A program made the position numbers and the translations under genes. From Diplonema japonicum (lineage: Eukaryota > Protista > Euglenozoa: Diplonemea): a DNA stretch of 64,000 nucleotides. Of this stretch, positions 1 to 13,100 are shown piece after piece (position 1 is the first letter of the stretch; every line of letters begins with the position of its first letter). Below the pieces are notes generated by a model that saw only the letters and a program-made list of their open reading frames with translations, was not told the DNA's origin and made no database searches. The stretch lies in assembly GCA_964019335.1 (NCBI GenBank), contig OZ025673.1, positions 496,001-560,000 of the forward strand. The letters are read 5' to 3'.

Positions 1-283
1 GGGGGGGGGGTTTCAAGAAAACTTTTTGAATGGTTTTTTTTTTTTTTTTTTTTTTTCTTTCCCTCCCCCCTTTTTTTTTTCTTCTTCTTCTTCTGTCTGT
101 TCAATTGGCATTGGGCCCATACGCTCTGTTTTTATTTTTTTTATTTATTTTTTTTTTTGATATTTGTTTGTTTGTTTTGACTTTTTTCTTTTTTTCCTGT
201 TTTTTTTTTTTTTTTTTTTTTGATAAGCTAATCAAAGAAACGGAAATTTTTTGATTGAGAACAGAAAAATAATAAACAAGCTT

Positions 284-335
<52 letters not shown>

Positions 336-715
336 ATCCCGAGAAAAGGATAGAAAAAGAATTCGGTCGAGCGAAAAATTCACAAGCCACTTCCTTTCTT
401 CAAAATAAATCTGATTCCTTTTCTCTCTCTTTTTTCTTTTGATGGACTTCTTCATTGATCCCACCCTTGTATATCAGGGAGTGAAGTGCAAAAAAAAAAG
501 CGTTTTTTTTTTTTTTTTTTTTTTTTTCGTACGTACCTTGCTTCTTTTCCTTCCTTCGCATTCATTTTCACTGTCCTTTTGTTTTGTTTCTCACTTTCAC
601 GTTTTTTTCTTCTTTTTTCTCCTTCTTGGTCTTTGTTTCTTCTACCAATTTTTTTTTTTTTTTTTTGCGGTTTGCCTTTGCCCCCCTTTCGATTTTTTTC
701 TTCTTTTTTCTTCAT

Positions 716-1545
716 TTAAATATGGCTCCACTCGCATTCTCCTCCCTTTGAACACCCACCTCGTTGATGGTACTTGCATTGCACCTCTCCCTTGGGCGGA
801 AGGTTCACAGGGACCTGCACCGGGGCTCTATCATGCTGAGGAGAGAAAAAAATTTTTCTTTTTAATTTTTTTCAAAAAGATATCATACCCCCTGGTACCC
901 TGGGTGGCTCCACTCGCAGGTCATACCCTTGTCGCACTGGCCGCTAGCGTAGTACTTACACACAACCTGGTCTTTTGGGATCTTTCCGTTCTGGCCGACC
1001 ATCATGTTTGTAGCCGGTGTCATCGGCACCATGGGTGTCATGGCCCCCATACCACTCACGTTCATGCCGGCCATGGGGAGCCCTCCCGCAGCAGGCATTT
1101 GGAGGTTCTGCATGGGATTGACTGCAAGGCCTGGGGCGATCAGCTGCGCGAGGTTAGCCACCTGTAGAAAAATTTAACTCCCCCACCCTGCCCCCCTGCA
1201 GCATACGTAATCAGCAAGATTGGTCTGGCCCTCTGGGGTGTGGCTGTACTCACAGTTTGCGCCCTTGGCGCACCGGCCAACAGCTGCGTATTTGCAGATC
1301 TGTTGGCCTTTCCCACCAAGACCCTTTCCGCCTTTGTTGCCCTTGCTGCCTTTTCCTTTTCCGCCGGCGACCCTGCCCTTACCGCCGGTTGGGTTAGTAG
1401 CAGGGGTCACGTGCATCCACACACAGTCGTCCCCCTTATCACAGGAGCCCTGTGCGTAAAACTTGCAAGGCGTTTGGTCCTTCGGTGCCTGCACCTTGGA
1501 CCTCCCACGGTTGCCTTTTCCGTACGGTGCAAAACGCTCACTCAT
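716..1545 (-). CDS. Tandem CCCH zinc-finger RNA-binding protein (4 fingers), 3 exons: 1545-1207, 1161-889, 835-716
   Basis: Four C-x7-C-x5-C-x3-H fingers (CKFYAQGSCDKGDDCVWMH, CKYAAVGRCAKGANCEYSH, CKYYASGQCDKGMTCEWSH, CKYHQRGGCSKGGECEWSH). They join in frame across GTATGC..CTACAG (1162-1206) and GTATGA..CCTCAG (836-888) introns. TAA at 716-718. Confidence 0.88.
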
Positions 1546-2238
1546 TTTTTTTAAAATTTATTTCCCCTTTGCGTTCGTTCCTTTTCTTATCTTCTTGCAG
1601 GCAGTAAGGAACGAAGAAAAATAAAAGAAAAAAAAGAACAAAGGCAGAAGGAGGGGGGGGGGGGGGGGGGGAGAGGGAAGGAATCGGGGAAAGGGGGGGG
1701 GGGGGTGCAGGGAAGCAACGAGGAGTAAAATAGCAAAAAAAGAGGGAGGGGTAGTGGAGCAAGGGCAATAGAGGTTTTGCAGGTGTCTGGTCCCCCCCCC
1801 CCCCCCCCCCCCCTTTGCTGCGTAATCACGTTTCAATGGTTTTTTTTTTTGTTTCTTCTTCTTTTTTTTTCCGCTGTGCTCATAGCCACGGGGGATGGGA
1901 AGGAGGTGGGATGAGCCGCTTCCCTTTTAGATCAATCTTCTCTCTCACTCTCAAGATTCCCTCCTGGAACTTTTTTGTGTATGAAAATAAAAAAATGGAA
2001 GAAAAGGTGGACAGGGAAAAAAAAAGAATTCCTTCCCTATCCCTCTCCCCCCTTTTTTTTACTGTATTCTCTTTTCTCAAAAAATAAAAAAACAACCCCC
2101 CCCCTTTCACAAACCCAAGAAAAAAAAACACTAGAAAAATACTAAACTTCACCCCCCCATATTTATTTTCATTTCTTTTTTTGCCGACACTGAAGTTTTC
2201 TCCCCCCCCCCCCCCTCCCCTTCTCATTCTCGACATTC

Positions 2239-3070
2239 TCAAATGAGGGAATCGCACAGCAGCGAACGAAGCTCGTCGTACCCTCCCTTAACAATGAGGG
2301 TCAACGAGACGGAGCCAGATTGAGTAAGGGCGATCTACGGGTTTTGTTTTTTTTGGGGGGGTATGTATTTAAATAGTATACCTTTGCCTTGATCAAGATA
2401 TCTTCAGGGGGCGCGAAGCACACCTGACCTGAGAGGTGGAGGGTGTGCGACAGGGTACCGGCTTCTGTCGGGACATCGCCGGTGCCATCGCATGCCGTGA
2501 AAGAGTAGAAGTCCTGGACCTCGTTGCAGGCTGTCTGGAGGTTCTTCATGGTGTCCAGCTCGTAGGTCACTTCGGTGGCCTCTTCATCGGGGAACTTGTC
2601 CCATTCCTCTGCGAAGGTGACGTGCCTGCCCTTCATGTAGTCCGACAGGTTGAAAGTAACCTCTTCAGGTAGCGGGTACTCGTCCACCTCCTCGTCCTTG
2701 TCCATCGAGAACAACAAAGTTGCGGAGCACGAGCCCATTGCGTAGCCCTCGTCAGGGTCCCTCTTCAGGCACACGTAGCATGACGCATCCGAGTTCGGCT
2801 CGATCACTTCTGCTGGGATTGCGAACAGGGGCTGCATGGAGGCAAGGTCCTCGTCCTCCTCCACCGCGACCTTCACCTGCACATTGTAGAAGGCTTGGTC
2901 CTCAAGTGTGTTGTTGATCTTGAAATGCAGCACCATGTTCTCGTTGTAGCAATGCTTCACGCACGTCACCACGTACTCCACATCCTTCTCCGTGAGCGAC
3001 ATCGGCTCCGACGACGCGAACGGCTTCCCAAGCTTCTTGAACTGTGGGATGGCTTCCAGTTCTTTAGCCT

Positions 3071-3110
<40 letters not shown>

Positions 3111-4930
3111 TGGTGAATTTCAATTAATCATACCCATTTGCTCTCTTCTTCGGGGATGAACGAGACAGCGGCAAGCAGGCCACCAGCGGCCTCGGGTGCT
3201 GGTGGTGCTTCGCCGGATGATGTGGCGGTGGGCACGGCGGTCTTGACCTCCTTCTCGACTTCCTCGACGAACGTCTCGGCCAGCTCCTTGTCGTCGAAGC
3301 TCAGCATGGTGATGTAAAAGATGGCCCTGTCCCTGACCTCGTCGTCGTTGTCCATTGCTGCACGTTGCAGCAGGATGAGGATCGACTCGCGCAGCGACTC
3401 GCATTTCGTGGCGAACTTCGCGAGCGTGCTGACAGCAGCAGCCCTCACAGAAGGCGCCTCCAGAAGCACCCTGTTGTAGATAAATCTGACAAATTTGCTG
3501 GGAGTGGCGTTAGCAGGACCTTCCTGTCCCAGCAGGGAGAGCACCCTCTGGGAGATCTTGGTGTACTCGCAGTCCTCAATAAGCTCACACAGCATCATAA
3601 GGCCCTCCTCTTTGGCAGTGGGGCTTGTCTCCACAAGGTTTGCGATGGTTTCGACGATGGACATCTTGTACTCGAAGCCGCCCTCTTCCTTCAGGGCGTC
3701 GTTCAGGAACTGCAGCAGCACGGGGTGCTTGTGGGGGAACTTCCTGCCCAAGACCTTCATGCTCTCGATGACCACGGACTTGAACTCGTCGGCAATGTCG
3801 GAGAGGAACTTCGAGATCTGCTTCATGAGCCTGTCGATGCTGTACTCGCTGCCCGTCATCAGGATCGTGGTGATGGCCAGTGTCGCAATGTTCCTGTTGC
3901 TGTCCGTGAAGAGTGTCTCCATGTCGATGGAGCAGGACGTGACGGCAAGGGGGTGCGTCGCAGCCATCTTGTTCAGCAGCCTCAGTGCGGCGAACTTCAA
4001 GACCGGTTTGTGGAATGAGAGATACAGCTGGAGCACCAACACAACCTGGCCCAGCTCCTTAGGGGTAAGGTCGCGCAGGGAGCAGATTGACTTTGCGGCT
4101 TCAAACACAACGACCTCGTTGCCGTGACGCAGCGAGTCGCGCACGAACTGGTACAGCTCCTGGTTGCCGGAGAAGTCATCCTGAAGGATGTCAGTGCACA
4201 TCCTGATGAGGAGACAGATGGCCCCAGCACTCCTGATGGGGATAGTCTGAACGGACTGCACCTGCTTCAAGACGAAGAGGCGGTTGTTCTTCTTCAGTTT
4301 CTGAAGAAGCCCCAGGGCGTGGTACTGCACCATGCTGTTGCGCTGCTTGAGTGCTTCGCTGACTTCGTTGCTCCACTTCTTCACCAGCTCGGGAGCATCC
4401 TTCATGAGGTGGATGCCGGTGACAAGTGCGGCGGAGCTGACGTTGGTGTTCTTGTCGACGACAGCCTGTTGGAGGTATCTCTCACCGGGCCCAAGCATGG
4501 AGATCTCAGTGGTTTTCCTGAGGGTACGGATGGCATTGGCCTTGTACATGTCGTTGGGGGAGTTGATGTCCTTGCACAGTGTGTGCGTTGCGATGAACAT
4601 CTGCTCGGCAGTGGTGGAGAGCTCCTTCATGAGGCAGTACACCTGCCTCCTGAGGTCCTGGTCCTCAGACTGGAAGAGCTTTGTCGTTGCGAAGAAGATG
4701 TCCGTTGACTCGGTGGGCGAGAGCAGTTCGCCCTGCGCCATGAGGTACAGCAACTTCACGGCGGCCACAAGGCAGTCCCTGCCCTTGATGTTGGGTGCAG
4801 CAAAGATCTTAGTCCCCTGCACCGCAGCGCTCTTCTCTAACCCCGCGAAGGGAAGAGGTTCCGGCAGCTCATCGGCGTACATCCCGGGCTGCAGCATCTC
4901 CGGCTGCTTGTCCCCCTGTACCTTCGTCAT
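2239..4930 (-). CDS. COPG: Coatomer subunit gamma (gamma-COP), 3 exons: 4930-3134, 3068-2382, 2334-2239
   Basis: Adaptin N-terminal motifs (IFFATTKLFQS, LCELIEDCEY, FVRFIYNRVLLE, DDEVRDRA) plus the appendage region (LTEKDVEYVVTCVKH, NNTLEDQ). GT-AG introns at 3069-3133 and 2335-2381 restore the frame. Confidence 0.95.
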
Positions 4931-4990
4931 ATTCGCGCACTACCTGTGGTGCCCGTGAAAATGTAAAGGAGGGAAACAAAAGAATTCTTT

Positions 4991-5926
4991 CTACTCCTCG
5001 TATCTCTCATGCTCCCCCGCGTATTTGAATCGCTTGCAATTCTTATTATCGTTCGTCAGTTTCCGTTTCGGCGCGTCGCTACGGTTGTACTTCTGTTTTA
5101 TTTTTTTTTTCTTCCTCTTTTTCCCTTTTTTTTTTTTCCTGCTGCCCTTAACTAGTCATACCTGCACAGCTTCATCGGCATGGTGTACGTCTGCTCGTTC
5201 AGGTTCAACGGGAGATTGTTTCCAAAGAGGCGTGCCTCTGGAAGGGTCGATATGCCTCGCCTTACCACACGGGTTGATGAAGTCCGGGTGGATGTACTTC
5301 ACAAGGTCTTTTTTGCGCAACCTCCGGACGACCGCCTTGCTCTCGCTACGGCTCTTGCACCGGATGACTGCTTCAGCGGGTGTGGGCTTTTGTATGGACT
5401 CACAGTGACCTTCGAGCCAGCCCGTAATAACCTCGATGGTGTGGTCCTCCGTCAGACACTGTAGTTTAACACAGCTCGGCTTAGGCTGGTAGTCTATTGG
5501 TGGAGCCTCATTCTCTTCTGTGTCCTCTGAGGGGTTTGCGAGTCTTCCCTGCAGCTTCTTGTATGTTTCCTCTCGCTTCTTCCATTCCTTGTAAGTGATC
5601 GCCCGTGTGTATCCTGGATCGTTGCTGATATTGACATTTATGCGTGAAACTGCTGCAGCAACTTCACCGGCTGCATATTTGTTTGTGATAAGCCCGGCCC
5701 ATGGGTACTTCTTCACGGCAGCCTGTGCTCCTTCCTCATCCTTCATCACTGCTACAGCGTAGCCCAATCCTTTGTCTTTGTCTGTTATAGTTACCGTGAT
5801 CTTCTCCGCCTCTGCCCCAGCCTCTTTCAGTTTTTCCCTTGCCGTGTCTTCGTCCCTCACCGGTTCGATGTAAATCGCTCTGTTTTCTTCACTGTTGCCA
5901 TTTGACTTTTGCGGCTCTGGAACCAT
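4991..5926 (-). CDS. Putative RRM-like RNA-binding protein, 2 exons: 5926-5162, 5092-4991
   Basis: RNP1-like KGLGYAVAVMKDEEGAQAAV. ATG follows a TTTCAG acceptor. A GTATGA..AAAACAG intron (5093-5161) gives an in-frame 34-codon last exon ending in TAG. Confidence 0.65.
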
Positions 5927-6002
5927 CGTCCCTGAAAGAGTTCTTGAGATGTGTGCAAAGAAAGGGGAAGAAAGAAACACTAAAAAAAAACGGACGGAAG
6001 GC

Positions 6003-6043
<41 letters not shown>

Positions 6044-6491
6044 AAGAAATATGTTTTTTTCTTACACCATCGCTTTTGCAGCTTTGCGGCTTGCTGCGTC
6101 TTTTCTGTTATGGTTACCGAATCTGTAGAAAATTGAGTTAGAAAAAAAAAATAATCAAAAAAAGCAAACATGTCTACCCCCAACTTCGAGCGACCGACAT
6201 AGACTTTCTCACCGGGGGTCCAGAGAAACTCTACCAAATGGAGTATAAAAAACCATCTCCAGGGAAAAGGCGACGCGGGGTTCTTGGACATGCGCATTAG
6301 AGTGGAACGACAGGACGGAAAAAAAGAAAAGAGGATCAGGATCCTGACCTCGAGACACCTCAACGCAAGTTGGATCTACAACAACTCCTATGTTGCCGAC
6401 GCACCGTGGCCACTGGGAAAAGAACCTCAAAACCAAAAACCACGCTAGGCGAAAAAAATAGTTTGGCCGCTTGAACAAGGAACGATAACCC

Positions 6492-9400
6492 TTAGAGCCA
6501 TTCTTCTTGTACATACCTCCCCTTGTTTTTATTAAGTATCGAGCGTCTCTTCTTGTCATCTCCAGTGGCCATTCTCTTGTTACTTTTCCCTTTGAATCCT
6601 CCTGTAGACTCTCCAGAGAGGGCACGGGGGAAGCCGTCCTTGCCGCCCTTGCCGCCCTTGCCTCCCTTGCTTCCTCGGTTGCCCTTGCCACCTTTACCGC
6701 CGGAAGAAGTGTCTTCTTCTTCTTCTTCTTCGTTTTCATCCGAGCTTTCTCCGTAGCCGCCCCATTCTTCATCACTGGGGCAGTCGAAGGACTCTTGAGG
6801 AGCAATCAGTTCGTTGTCTGGTGAGGTGTGTGTTGATTGGTTTCCTTTTTTTTTTTTTTTTTTTTTCTGTCAAACCAGCTTTCTTCATCGAGCTCTTTTC
6901 ATAGTTATGGGTGAGCATGCCCCTACGCTTCTTCTCCTCTTCCAAGGCGCCTCCTGGTATGTAGTCGCAGGTGTCGTCTGCTTCATCGTTGTACTCATAT
7001 GACTTTTGAGACCTGCATAGGGTGTGAAAGGGACATCATGCGCATACTCTATGATCCTTTCGCGCAGCATGTCGTCGAAAGCTGCGTCTTCATGCATTGC
7101 AGTCTTCTGCTTCTTCTTCAGCTCCGCGAAGTTCACAAATCGCTTCGGATCGCTCACCACAGTCACAGGCTTGCGTGGGGGTGACCTACGGTGCATCTCA
7201 TGCTTTGGAGACCCATCCGGCGACGCTGCCGCCAAAGGCGTCGTGTCCTCCTGCAGATGCGGTGGGAGGTTCCCATCAAATATCTCCGCCAACGCTCTCT
7301 CGGGGTTGTTGTCGTAAAACGCAAGAATCTGCACGTTTTTTTTTTTTTTTTTTTTTTTTTTTTCATAAGTGCAAACCTTAGCAGCATGCCCTAATGACTT
7401 AACGGCGTCCCCTGCCACCTGCTGTATCATCTCTGCCTCGGGAGGGTAACTATCCGGAGTCGGTGCTGCCGATGGCTTTAAAGCGGGGCTTCTCGTCATG
7501 AGCTGCTCTGCGATGGTCGCAATGGTGTCTACGTCCTCCGGGAGGAGCTTCCCCATGTTGGCAGCATCTTGGAGCAGCGTTTCGTCAAGTTGGTAGACCG
7601 CCATTAAGTCACATATGTAGCTCCCCTGCTTGCTCGACTCGGGCATGGAACCCCCACGGTCACGCCTCAGGTCCTCCGTGTGGTTGTGCAGCAGCGACAA
7701 CACCTCGGACATCATGAAGCTCTCCGCCCCTTCGTTGCCGTATGTCTTCTTTAGCAGTTCGCCCAATGTCGATGGCAGCCTGTCCATCCTCAGTGGGGAT
7801 ATCAACCCGAACCCACGCATTCCCTGCATCAACGCTGCTTCTATCTTGAGGTGCGGGAAGCCCACGTCTTGATCAGCCTCGCCCACCACAGGGAAGGGGT
7901 AGAACAAGATGATGAGTCGCATGATGTCGAGCAGTGCAGTGCACAGGTCGGCGCCCGCCTTGCCCTTCGTCCTGTCCAGCAGTGCCGCACAGGGCGTCTC
8001 GTACATTACAGCGAACAGTTTAGTCCAGTCGGAGATGGGCAGCATGCATCGCACCATGAACGGCGCTATTTTCAGCACACCCCACACGCCCTCTACGAGG
8101 CGCTTCCGCATCTGCTTGATGGCCATGGCGTCGTTGGGCCACGCTCTCTCGCCGCCAGAGCAGCAGTCATACACCACATCCCAACATTCCTTCTGCACGC
8201 CAGCAAGGTACGACCCAAAGGCGCCCTTGCTTCGAAGGCCACCGAAGTAGAAAGAGTGGCATGCAATGAGCACACAGCAAACAGCTTCTTTCAGGAGAGT
8301 GATGTGAGATGCATGCGCGGCCAGCTTGACGATCCCCTCCACAGAGAAGATGGAGTTGACAGGCGCGCAGAAGAGGGCGATGTACGACCTGATGCTGAAC
8401 TTGTTATCGACCCGCTCACCGTGGAAGGCTAGGCGTGCGACGAAGCGTGTGGCACCGTCGGCGTCAGCGGGCTTTCCACCGTCGAGCAGAGAGAACATCA
8501 CTCGGGAGGCCCATTCCCGTGCGAGGCTTGAAAAAGTTAGCAGACTCCAGAACATTTCCAGTGGCAGTGCCAGCAGAATGCTCACCTTTACGCTGTCAGT
8601 AAGGGCGGGGTCGTCCGACCTAAGGAAGTCCTCCAGGTTTTTTTGGTTAGGTGACACCTGGAAGACTTCGTCGATGGACGTACCGGATACGTTGCCGCCG
8701 GTCCATGATAGCTGCTCGTCTTTTTCTGTTTTCTTCTTGCGTTCTTCAATGCCTGCTGTCCACGCGGATTTTTGGGGAGGGGCGTGGCCGCCTTGGTTTG
8801 ATTTTGGCCCGCCGCGACCGCCAGAGGTCCATTCCCCTGACCTCCCTCCGGGGCCTGTCCACTTTCTGTTATCGTCGTCCATGCGGATGCCGTGCGAGCG
8901 CAGTTCGTCGCGAAGCGTGTCGGCCTTCTTGAAATCGCGTTCCCGCCGAGCATTCTGTCGCGCTTGGCAGAGGGCCGTTATTTCTTCATCAGTGGGAATA
9001 GATCTCTTCTGGTTGTCCCTACCCTTTCGAGGAGGGCTCTGTTTTTCTCTCTCTTGCTGTTTGGGCGGTGGTGGTGGCGATCTCGACTTCGCTTGTTGTT
9101 TTTGTGGAGCTGCCTTGTCCCATTCTGCTGTTCCCCCGTAGCAGTCAATGAAGTCCTCCTTTGTGTAGGTCTTCCCGTCTGAAGGGTCAATACGCCGCTC
9201 TTCCTTTGGAGCACTTTTGACAATTTCAGCCTTGCCCCACTCAACTGTGCCACCATAGCAGTCGATGAAATCTTGTTTGGTGTAGCACCTCCCGTCTGCA
9301 GGGTCCTTCCGTAGCTGTTCTTCTTGTTCCGGTGCCTGAGGTTTCTGTTTTGGTGGGGAATTGTCTCCTCGTCCTGACTGTTTTCCCACCCTTTTTGCTT

Positions 9401-9527
9401 TCTCCCATTCCTCTAGGCCTCCGTAGCAGTCTTGAAAGTCTGCTTGTGTGTACGCCTTCCCATCGGTTGGGTCTACTCTTCTTTCCGGTTCTCTCGTGGC
9501 TCCCTTTCCTTTTCCACCTTTTGTCAT
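6492..9527 (-). CDS. ASCC2/Cue3-like CUE-domain protein with extra N-terminal repeats; introns 7329-7376, 7013-7047, 6818-6875
   Basis: After splicing there is a CUE-like segment (IQQVAGDAVKSLGHAAKILAFYDNNPERALAEIFDGNLPPHL) followed by YEYNDEADDTCD, resembling ASCC2 YEDEYDDTYD, then an acidic and GGK-rich tail. The 3' end is uncertain because of a possible extra donor at ~6516. Confidence 0.7.
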
Positions 9528-10128
9528 CTTCTTTTTGTGTTTTTTCTTTTTTCTTTGGTGGCTTGAAGGTGGCTTATGTTGTGGACATAAAATACTTGAA
9601 ACAAGGAACAGAGATGGGGGGAAGCCAAAAGAAAATAAATAAAATAATTTAAAGAAACGGGGAAAGAAGGGGATAAAACACGGATTTCTTTATCTTCCGG
9701 TCCCTTTTTTTCTCTTCTTTCTTTGAATGACACAACAAGGAAAAGTAAAAATAAAGGATAACATAAAAAAGCGGGGGGTGATACTGGGCAGGTTTCTTTT
9801 TTTCTTCTTTTTTTCAAATTCTTCACAAAAAAACATCGATGCAACTAGCCCGATAAAAAACTTTCTTTTTTTCCGATTCTAAGTTTTCACTCGAGACAAA
9901 AAAGGAAAACATGGGAATTGCCATTCTTTAAAAAGGGCAGGGGGTGGGGAGGCGAAAAAGAGGATGGGGGTAATGCTAGCACACCCTCTTTCCCATTGTT
10001 CGTTGTTGACACTTTTCCTTCTCCCCCCCCCCCCCCCCCACCCCCCCAATCCGAACGGTCTATAGCTTTAAAAAAAAAAACGAAAAAAAAGGTTTTCTAA
10101 AAATACTACCACAATAAAAAAAAACAAT

Positions 10129-13100
10129 CTAAATAGCATTGAAGGTTCCATTCGGTGCGTTGCTGTAGTAAGGAGAGGCTGGTTGGTTGCCTACAGGCGA
10201 AGCAGGAGAAGGGTCAACATTGTAGTTCGGGGAAGTGGGCGACGCGGTAGGTTCAGGTAGATGGTAATCTTCTACTGGAGGCTGATCAGGAGCTGTGTCG
10301 TGAGGCGTCTGTATTGTCCGCTCCACCTGAGGTGTCGACTCGACTGCACCACCAGTGTCAGCAGGGGTTCGAACAGGGGATCTATGGTTATAAGGAGCCT
10401 GGTCCAGCGGGTTATCATTCTGGCTAGGGTACCCTCCGTACCGACTGCCTCTGTGTGGGTTCTCCTTGGGGTCCTCATTCCAATTGTTGTCTTGTTCTTG
10501 TGGTTCTTTGCCTAGTTCGTCACCGTTGTTGTTACGCTCGGTCTTTTTGCTTGACCACATAAACCACACGAACAAGGCTGTGAGGATCAAGCACAGCAGT
10601 ACCCCCATCACGATAGCGATGATCACACCGAACGCCAACCCGCTGCTGCTGCTGCTGCTGCTGCTGCCCGGCGATGGCGTGATGACCAAGGTGCTCCCTC
10701 CCCCCACCTTCGTCACCAGCTCAGGCGTGCTCAGCATAGCGCCTCCTTGGAACGATGCCGCCGCCGTGCTGTTCGTCAACAGCCTGTCGCGGAGCAGCGT
10801 TGCAACAGCATTCCCATCCTCCTCACCCACAATCTGGAAGTACACCAACGTGCCCCCATCCTTCGCTTCTGTTGCTATGATTTGAATGTTCGACTCAGGA
10901 ATGCCTGCTATCGACGCAGCGTTTGCCCGTGCAGCGTTCTGGTCCAACCCGCTCAGAGGCGTATTCAGGTGCAGGAGAGGGTACAGCAGAGAGTCTATGG
11001 GTGCTGCGAAGACGACATCCACGAATATGGAAGCAGAGTTGCCAACGAGGACAAGGTTCTGGTGTGTGAACCGCACGCTGAAGGTCCCCGGCGTGCCGAA
11101 GGAAAGGTCGCTGAAAATGGCCACCCCGCTGCTTGTCAAGCGTGACAGCGTCCCCTTCAAGGTTGACCCCGTCGAACCAACCGCTGTCACAGCTGCGTCC
11201 GCCACGCTCGTCAGCACATTCCCTCCCAAGTCCCTTACAGTCACCGACAAAGCGAATGTCCGGTCCGTGGTCACTTGGATGCTCCCCTCCAGCACCCTCA
11301 AGTGGTTGGCTGATCCTTCCCTGATGATCACTGTGTTCGTGACAGTGGTCATCAAGGGTGCTACCACCTCCAAAGCATACGTCCCTGGCGTGTCCAACCA
11401 TAGGTTCCTGAACCTCGCAATACCCTGCTGAGTGATAACCCCGCCAGACACTGCCTGACAAGTCCCCTGGGCAGAGCACAAGCTAGGGTCAGTGCTGTAC
11501 AGAGTGCCACCTGCGGGGGGTGCAGGGGTGCTTGCTATCCTGACGAAAAAGGTCGTCGGATTGCTCACGTAGAGCGTGTTGTTGCCCCAGTCCTCGACAC
11601 TGGCATCGATGGACAGCAAGGTGCCTGCTGTTACTGTCATCGCGTTGGCCCACTGCAGGCTGATGACTAGCGAGACGCCGCTGCCCGCTGTGACAACGAT
11701 GTCGATTTCCTTCGACTTGTACGTCACCATGTCACTGACGATGTCCACCCGCAGCCTGTAGCTTCCTGCCTTGTCGATCTGCAAGTCGCTCAGTGTGCCC
11801 AGTCCGTTGATGTTGGTGAGTCCAGTGGTCGTTCCCATCACCTGCCCCCCGATGGCGCTTGAGTCCAGCGCTGTCAGGACCAAGCTTGCAGCCCCATCTT
11901 GGATCTTCAGTGGGTTGTAGCCCTGGTCGACCAGCTGGTATGTCACAGTGAAACTATCACCACTGGAAAAGCTTGCTGACGACACTGTTGCCGCCACTGC
12001 CGAGACGTTGCCTTCCGAGACGAAGATGTCACTAGTTGTAGTGGTGAAGGTCTGTGACCCTCGCGTGTACGTCAGGAGTAGTGTGTGCACACCTGTTGTG
12101 CCCAGAGCTATCGAGAAATTCGTCTTGCCGTCTACTACTGTCTTCGACAAGCCCGCGTCCAAGGGGACAGGCACCCCGGGGCTGTTCTGGGCCGAGATGA
12201 CCATGGTGCCCCCGCTCTGCGCTACCACAGCACCCGACGCGTCCACTACTTGTGCGTAGATGACAAAGGCTTCCATAGACTCCACCGTAGCGGGCACAAC
12301 ACCTGTTACGGCAAGTCCAACCGCTACGCCAGTCACCTGAAACGGAGTAGCAAGTGCTCTGAAGCTAGTCGCACCGTTCAATCGATAGCACACTGTGTAC
12401 CAAGCAGGGGTTGTGAATGCCTGTGTCGTGAACGTAAGGCCCGAAAGGGATTGCTCAAATGCTGCCGAGGCGGCGTCATCGCATCCCTGGGTCTGCGGTA
12501 TGAGACGCACCTTGTCGGCATCTGTAATGTTGACACCCGTGAATGTCACTCGGTACGTCCCCGGCGATGGCACAGACTGCGGCGAAAAGCTGACAGGACC
12601 GCTGACAACCACCAAATAGGGAAGCGTGTAGTAGACAGTTGACGTGCCCTGCTTCGCGCACACTCTGAGGTAGCCGGGGTTGATGTCCGTTGTGTTGTAC
12701 GTGGCTTGTGCACCCGTGACGCCTAGCAGAGTGCTCTTCTGTGCTGCGGCGATAACAGTCGCGTCAGTAGGACATGCCTCGACACCCACGGACTCTGTAG
12801 CTGTGGTCTGTGCCCAGTACCAAATATCGGCCGAAGGAGTGGTAGTATTACTTGGTATGCTAAGAGTAGAGCCACTCACGGCTAGAGGCACCTCAACGGA
12901 GGCTGTGCGGTACATGCCAGTTGTGGTGACAACAGGGAGGGCCAACGAGCGAACCTGAGGCGTGTCATCGGGGTAGGTGTAGCAAAGCACGAAGTGTCCT
13001 GCCAAGTGGAATGTGGTGCGGAGGGTTGTTGAGGTAACTAGCTCAGCTGTTGCGATGCTGTTAGTCAGCCATACTGCTTCTATGCAGCCGTCGTCACTGG

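Noticed and set aside
30-715. Numerous poly-Phe/Lys/Pro/Gly ORFs here and in other intergenic regions
   Set aside because: Translations of A/T and G/C homopolymers.
6209-6805. 198-aa ORF as an independent gene
   Set aside because: Alternative frame of the last exon of the ASCC2-like gene.
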